This document shows, piece by piece, positions 63,421 through 64,000 of a DNA stretch of 64,000 nucleotides. The DNA lies in the NCBI GenBank assembly GCA_051047955.1, contig JBPGPT010000001.1, positions 682,001-746,000 of the forward strand, given 5' to 3'. The DNA comes from Cystobasidiomycetes sp. EMM_F5. Its lineage: Eukaryota. Within the stretch, counting starts at the first letter, position 1. Every line of letters begins with the position of its first letter. The notes under the pieces were generated by a model, which was not told the origin of the DNA, ran no database searches, and saw nothing but the letters and a program-made list of their open reading frames with translations. The position numbers were made by a program, and so were the translations under genes.

Positions 63421-64000
63421 GCCTATTGAATGCCAAGACGAGATGCCGTCATTCAATGGTGGTGTAAGCATTAGAGTTGAGATGACAACCCGTATACAGC
63501 CTAGCTTGGAATTTAGTTGATACCCGTTCAATTGTTGTCCGGCGACAAGGTGTTTGGTGGTCATGAGACGGTCTGTGCAATTTGTTTGGGCGACGAGAAG
63601 GTGGATGCACAAGTTCGGAAGACACGCCGGGTTTTCGTAGCGGGTGTTCGCAGAAACGCGCTTGGTCGGCAGAAGTCGAAGCAGCTGCGGGGCGTCGCAA
63701 ACAGCCTGACAAAGCGATTGCAACTGATTCGCGGGAGCACCGGTGCACGTCGCCGCATGAGCGAAGCGGTGTATCCGTCGTTCTGCGGCTCTCATTAACA
63801 TTGCGATCTGTGAACTCTGCATTTTCTGTCGTCGCCTCCCATATCCGGACATCTCTAAAGTCGGCATCCGCGACAAACTTCGAGCTTAGGCGTCGGCAGA
63901 AACTCTGTCAAAGCAAGTCTCTACGAGGAGGGCTGAACGAGTAAAGAGATTACTTTGCATTGTAGAGTGGGTTGTTGCGCTGCGCGTCGGTCAGTTGCGC

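Noticed and set aside
63247..64000. 209-aa minus-strand ORF and other ORFs at the window end
   Set aside because: The ORF overlaps the DPH2 last exon in antisense and has no family motifs; it cannot be supported from this window.

Overview
Gene-dense, intron-rich eukaryotic DNA of roughly balanced GC. Introns are ~45-90 nt with GTRAGT/GTRHGT donors, CTRAC/CTRAY branch sites and YAG acceptors. Gene content and intron style indicate a basidiomycete fungus, possibly a Pucciniomycotina yeast (inference). About 30 spliced protein-coding genes can be reconstructed by eye. Housekeeping genes: SGF73, ESA1, a BIRC6-like E2, ERT1/acuK, PEX5, ADE6, RRD2, FMP52, a Pol X, IMP3, an amino-acid permease, ANT1, a pseudouridine synthase, SNF7, SPT7, PAC4 and DPH2. 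There are three tandem paralog pairs: aquaporins, arrestin-like proteins and secreted SnoaL-like proteins. I see no rRNA, tRNA, CRISPR array or transposon. The most unusual signals are: (1) a DPH2 carrying an in-frame insert of three Cys/His-rich repeats conserved at the protein level; (2) an EthD-like barrel + CMD/AhpD + enol-lactonase fusion with an N-terminal hydrophobic leader; (3) an intron-containing zeta-toxin-like P-loop kinase; (4) a membrane-anchored adenylate-kinase-like protein lacking its NMP-binding subdomain; (5) a secreted Cys-rich preproprotein with several Kex2-type sites. Exon boundaries and family calls are manual motif readings, not database-confirmed.
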